Assembly: GCA_001805445.1 (NCBI GenBank)
Contig: MHGF01000029.1
Coordinates: forward strand, 4,270-68,269
Origin: Omnitrophica WOR_2 bacterium GWF2_43_52
GTDB lineage: Bacteria > Omnitrophota > Gorgyraeia > Gygaellales > UBA12090
DNA length: 64,000 nt
Reading direction: 5' to 3'
Shown piece by piece: positions 60,395-64,000 of the stretch (position 1 is the first letter of the stretch; every line of letters starts with the position of its first letter). Both the position numbers and the translations under genes were made by a program. The notes below the pieces were generated by a model. The model worked only from the letters and a program-made list of their open reading frames with translations. It did not search any database and had not been told where the DNA came from.

Positions 60395-62127
60395 TTAACT
60401 TAAAGGGGATCCCTGCATCAGGGGGCATTGCTATAGGCCCGGCCTATTTATGGACAAAAGAGGAGCTCATTGTCCCCAAGCAGGTTATTTCAGATGACCA
60501 GATTGCAACCCAAATCCAGATTTTTGAAGAAGCATTAATTAAAACGCGCCGTGAGATCCTGGATTTGCAGAAGAAAATAGCAGATGAGATGGGGCAGGAT
60601 GAGGCGGAAATTTTTGATGCTCATCTTCTCGTTCTTGAGGACCGCACGATTATAGAAGAAGTAATTTCCCAGTTGAAGAAGGATAAGCTTAGTGCCGCGT
60701 ATGTCTTTCAGGATGTGCTGCGTAAGTATGTTCAGGTATTTTTAAGGATTGAGGATGAATACCTTAAAGAGCGGGTGAGCGATATTAACGATGTAGGCAG
60801 GCGTGTGCTGCGTAATCTTTTGGGCAAAACCGCTAAGCCTCTTGAAGAACTCCAGGAAAAGGTCATTTTGGTTTCGCATGATTTGTCTCCTTCAGATACG
60901 GCAATGATGCATAGGAAAAATGTCTTGGCGTTTGTGACTAATGTAGGAGGCAAGACTTCTCATACCGCGATTATGGCTAAATCTATGGAGATACCAGCCG
61001 TTGTCGGCCTTGAAGTGGCAACGCTTAAGATTAAAACCGGCGATACCCTTATTATTGATGGAAGCACGGGATTGGTTTTTATTGATCCTGACAGCCAGAC
61101 GCTGGAAAGCTATCAGCGGCAAAAAACAGCATTTAAAGATACTACTCAGCGTTTTATCGGCCTCAAGGATAAGCCCGCCCTCACGCTTGACGGAACGCGC
61201 GTGCATATAGCGGCGAATATAGAACTTCCTGATGAAATCCCTTCCCTCAAAGAGCATGGGGCAGATGGGATAGGGTTGTACCGCACGGAATTTTTCTATA
61301 TGAACAGGGTTGACCTGCCCACAGAAGAGGAGCATTATGAAGCATACAAATTTGTCGCGGAGGCGATGAACCCTCATTCTGTTACTATCCGGACCTTGGA
61401 TTTAGGAGGGGATAAGTTTATATCTCACTTGGAGATTCCTCGTGAGATGTCTCCGTTCTTGGGGTGGAGGGCAATCCGTTTTTGTTTGGCGCGGCCCGAT
61501 ATGTTTAAGTCGCAGCTGCGGGCGATCCTCAGGGCGTCAGCCCACGGGAAGCTTAAGCTTATGTACCCTATGATTTCCGGGATTGAAGAGTTGAGGCAGG
61601 CAAATGTGCTTTTGGAAGAATGTAAAAATGAATTGCGCCAGCGTAAGAGCCCTTTTGATGAGTCAATTGAAGTAGGGGCAATGATTGAGGTGCCTTCCGC
61701 GGCAATGACCGCCGACATTCTGGCACGAGAGGTTGATTTCTTCAGCATTGGCACCAATGACCTGATTCAATATTCTATAGCGGTTGACCGCAGCAACGAG
61801 AAAGTAGCGTACCTTTATGAACCCGCGCATCCGGGGGTGCTGCGTTTTATAAAACACATTATTGATATAGGCCATGCCGCGGGTATTCGTGTGGGGATGT
61901 GCGGGGAAATGGCAGGGGATTCGCTTTTTAGCCTGGTATTGCTGGGTTTGGGTTTAGATGAATTCAGTATGCCTTCGGTGATGATTCCTGAAATAAAACA
62001 TGTCATTCGTTCTGTGACGATGGCTCAGGCAAGCCAGATTGCTACCCAGGCGTTATCGTTACCAACGGCAAAGGAAGTTGAAAGCTTTATCCAGAGTAAA
62101 TTGGATGAATTAGAGATTGTGCGCTAA
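60391..62127 (+). CDS. ptsI: Phosphoenolpyruvate-protein phosphotransferase (PTS Enzyme I)
   Basis: 578 aa. Phospho-His domain GGKTSHTAIMAKSMEIPAVVG and a PEP-utilising C-terminal domain. Confidence 0.9.
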   Translation: MINLKGIPASGGIAIGPAYLWTKEELIVPKQVISDDQIATQIQIFEEALIKTRREILDLQKKIADEMGQDEAEIFDAHLLVLEDRTIIEEVISQLKKDKLSAAYVFQDVLRKYVQVFLRIEDEYLKERVSDINDVGRRVLRNLLGKTAKPLEELQEKVILVSHDLSPSDTAMMHRKNVLAFVTNVGGKTSHTAIMAKSMEIPAVVGLEVATLKIKTGDTLIIDGSTGLVFIDPDSQTLESYQRQKTAFKDTTQRFIGLKDKPALTLDGTRVHIAANIELPDEIPSLKEHGADGIGLYRTEFFYMNRVDLPTEEEHYEAYKFVAEAMNPHSVTIRTLDLGGDKFISHLEIPREMSPFLGWRAIRFCLARPDMFKSQLRAILRASAHGKLKLMYPMISGIEELRQANVLLEECKNELRQRKSPFDESIEVGAMIEVPSAAMTADILAREVDFFSIGTNDLIQYSIAVDRSNEKVAYLYEPAHPGVLRFIKHIIDIGHAAGIRVGMCGEMAGDSLFSLVLLGLGLDEFSMPSVMIPEIKHVIRSVTMAQASQIATQALSLPTAKEVESFIQSKLDELEIVR

Positions 62128-62136
62128 GTTTATACA

Positions 62137-62913
62137 ATGAAAACATTGATATTAGCCGCAGGCTACGGCACGCGGCTTTACCCATTAACCAAAGAGTATC
62201 CTAAGCCGCTTCTTCCTGTGGCCAAAAGGCCCATACTTGACTATATTGCTGAAAAGTTGGCCAGGATTAAAGAAATAACGCAGCTACAGGTAATAACGAA
62301 TGATAAATACTATAAAAATTTCTTGGCCTGGGCGGATAATTTTAAAAAGTCTTCTCGTAAGTATCAGCGACTATCTATAAACGTACTCAATGACGGCACA
62401 AAAAGCGTGGAAGACCGCTTAGGAGCAATTGGGGATATACATTTTGCCCTGCGTCAGGAAGAGAGTACGGAGGATGTCCTTATTTTTGGAGGGGATAATC
62501 TTTTTGAGGAAAGCCTGGATAGTTTTATCGCGTTTGCCTTAAGCAAGAAGCCGCAGGCAAGTATCGGTGTTTATGATATCGGGCAAAGGGAACTTGCTGC
62601 CAAATATGGAGTCGTGAGCCTGGATACCAGTAATCAAATTGTTGATTTTGTGGAAAAGCCCTCTGTGCCGCGGTCATCATTGATTGCGACATGCCTTTAC
62701 TATATTCCTCGGGAAAAAGTAAAGTACATTAATGAATATGTCCAGAGCGCGCATACGGAAAAGGATGCCAGCGGCAGTTTTATACGTTGGCTAAGCAGCA
62801 AAGAAACGGTGTATGGCTTTGTTTTTAATAAGCATTGGTATGATATAGGTGATCCGCAGGTGTATCAGGAAGCGGATAAGGTGTTTGAAAAATTTAAAAA
62901 AGGAGAAGAGTAG
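62137..62913 (+). CDS. Sugar-phosphate nucleotidyltransferase (glucose-1-phosphate thymidylyl/uridylyltransferase family)
   Basis: MKTLILAAGYGTRLYPLT is the G-x-G-T-R signature. Confidence 0.75.
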   Translation: MKTLILAAGYGTRLYPLTKEYPKPLLPVAKRPILDYIAEKLARIKEITQLQVITNDKYYKNFLAWADNFKKSSRKYQRLSINVLNDGTKSVEDRLGAIGDIHFALRQEESTEDVLIFGGDNLFEESLDSFIAFALSKKPQASIGVYDIGQRELAAKYGVVSLDTSNQIVDFVEKPSVPRSSLIATCLYYIPREKVKYINEYVQSAHTEKDASGSFIRWLSSKETVYGFVFNKHWYDIGDPQVYQEADKVFEKFKKGEE

Positions 62914-64000
62914 ATGGAAAAACGCAGGTATTTGTTTACTTCGGAATCAGTCGGTGAGGGCCATCCGGATAAGGTCTGTGACCAGATATCGGACGGTATT
63001 TTAGATTGTGTTTTACGCCAGGATCCTTATGGAAGGGTTGCCTGTGAAACATACGTTACCATGGGGCTTCTTATTGTCGGTGGTGAAATTACCACTACAG
63101 GTTTTGTAGACGTGCATAATTTAACCAGGAACATATTAAAGGAAATTGGCTACGATCATCCCAAGTATGGTTTTGATTATCATACCTGCGCGGTTATTAA
63201 TACCATCCACAGCCAGTCTCCGGATATTGCCCAGGGAGTAAATACCGGAGGCGCCGGCGATCAGGGATTTATGGTTGGGTATGCCTGTAGGGAAACCCCT
63301 GAACTTATGCCGCTTCCCATTATGCTCGCGCACCATTTGGTAAGGAAAACTGCTGAGGTAAGAAGGGCAAAGATTCTCAAATATCTCGGCCCTGATTGTA
63401 AGAGTCAGGTGAGCGTGGAATATGTTGATGGACATCCTAAGCGAGTGGATTCCGTGGTTATTGCCTGCCAGCACACTGAGGAAATCCTTGATAGCTCAGG
63501 CATGCATATCACCAAAAAAGCGAAGCAGGAAATTATCGATGAGATTGTCAAGCCTATAGTGAAAGAGTATTTAGATAAAGACACCAAGTTTTATATCAAT
63601 GAAACCGGAAAATTTGTGGTTGGTGGCCCTCAATCGGATACCGGAATGACTGGGCGAAAGATAGTGGTTGATACCTATGGCGGAATGGTTGCTTCAGGAG
63701 GCGGGGCGTTTTCCGGGAAAGACCCGACAAAAGTTGACCGTTCGGCCGCCTATATGGGCAGGTACATTGCCAAGAATATCGTTGCCGCGGGTATCGCCGA
63801 GAAATGCCTTATTCATGTTGCCTATGTTATCGGCAAGGCGGAGCCTTTGGCGGTAATGGTTGATACCTACGGGACAGGAAAGATTTCTGAGCCCGCGATA
63901 GAAAAGCTTATTAAGAACAATTTTGATATGACCCCTCAGGGGATGATTCAGAGCCTGGATTTGCTCAGGCCTATATACAGGAAAACTGCTTGCTATGGGC
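62914..64000 (+). CDS. metK: S-adenosylmethionine synthetase (3' end beyond the window)
   Basis: The ATG is fused to the preceding stop (TAGATG). [34 protein letters not shown] and GGGAFSGKD motifs are present. The six-frame track omits it because no stop falls inside the window. Confidence 0.9.
   Translation, partial: MEKRRYLFTSESVGEGHPDKVCDQISDGILDCVLRQDPYGRVACETYVTMGLLIVGGEITTTGFVDVHNLTRNILKEIGYDHPKYGFDYHTCAVINTIHSQSPDIAQGVNTGGAGDQGFMVGYACRETPELMPLPIMLAHHLVRKTAEVRRAKILKYLGPDCKSQVSVEYVDGHPKRVDSVVIACQHTEEILDSSGMHITKKAKQEIIDEIVKPIVKEYLDKDTKFYINETGKFVVGGPQSDTGMTGRKIVVDTYGGMVASGGGAFSGKDPTKVDRSAAYMGRYIAKNIVAAGIAEKCLIHVAYVIGKAEPLAVMVDTYGTGKISEPAIEKLIKNNFDMTPQGMIQSLDLLRPIYRKTACYG

Overview
The window reads as a single bacterial chromosome segment at roughly 40-45% GC. 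It probably comes from a Gram-negative-type cell envelope lineage, since it carries lpxB and an msbA-like gene; the giant secreted proteins suggest an uncultivated lineage, but no taxon can be assigned from the sequence. Almost all coding is on the + strand. In order the content is: a phosphate-uptake operon (pstC partial, pstA, two tandem pstB copies, phoU); mixed housekeeping and regulator genes; a complete nitrogen-assimilation supercluster (glnB, amtB, glnK, a type III glutamine synthetase glnN, gltB, gltD); a Phd/RelE toxin-antitoxin pair; a 2,955-aa signal-peptide-bearing giant protein with a phosphoglycerate-kinase domain and a triosephosphate-isomerase-like domain embedded in it; a full F-type ATP synthase operon (atpZ/I-B-E-F-H-A-G-D-C); pyrG; an 813-aa paralog of the giant protein; a HEPN/nucleotidyltransferase pair in which the HEPN gene has an in-frame TAG; lpxB and a Gfo/Idh/MocA oxidoreductase on the minus strand; an msbA-like ABC exporter; rpsB-tsf-pyrH-frr; three tRNA genes (Lys-TTT, Leu-TAG, Gly-GCC); a regulatory PTS module (ptsN-yvcK-ptsH-ptsI); a sugar nucleotidyltransferase; and the start of metK. 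The strongest non-coding signal is a set of intergenic elements built from 7-8-nt units repeated in tandem and then repeated in inverse orientation, forming long imperfect hairpins. At least eight different core sequences occur in 64 kb, and short in-frame copies of similar tandem repeats sit inside pstB, gltB and the giant gene. The tRNA cluster holds a duplicated tRNA-Lys 3' end and two paralogous structured elements with RNase P RNA-like motifs.
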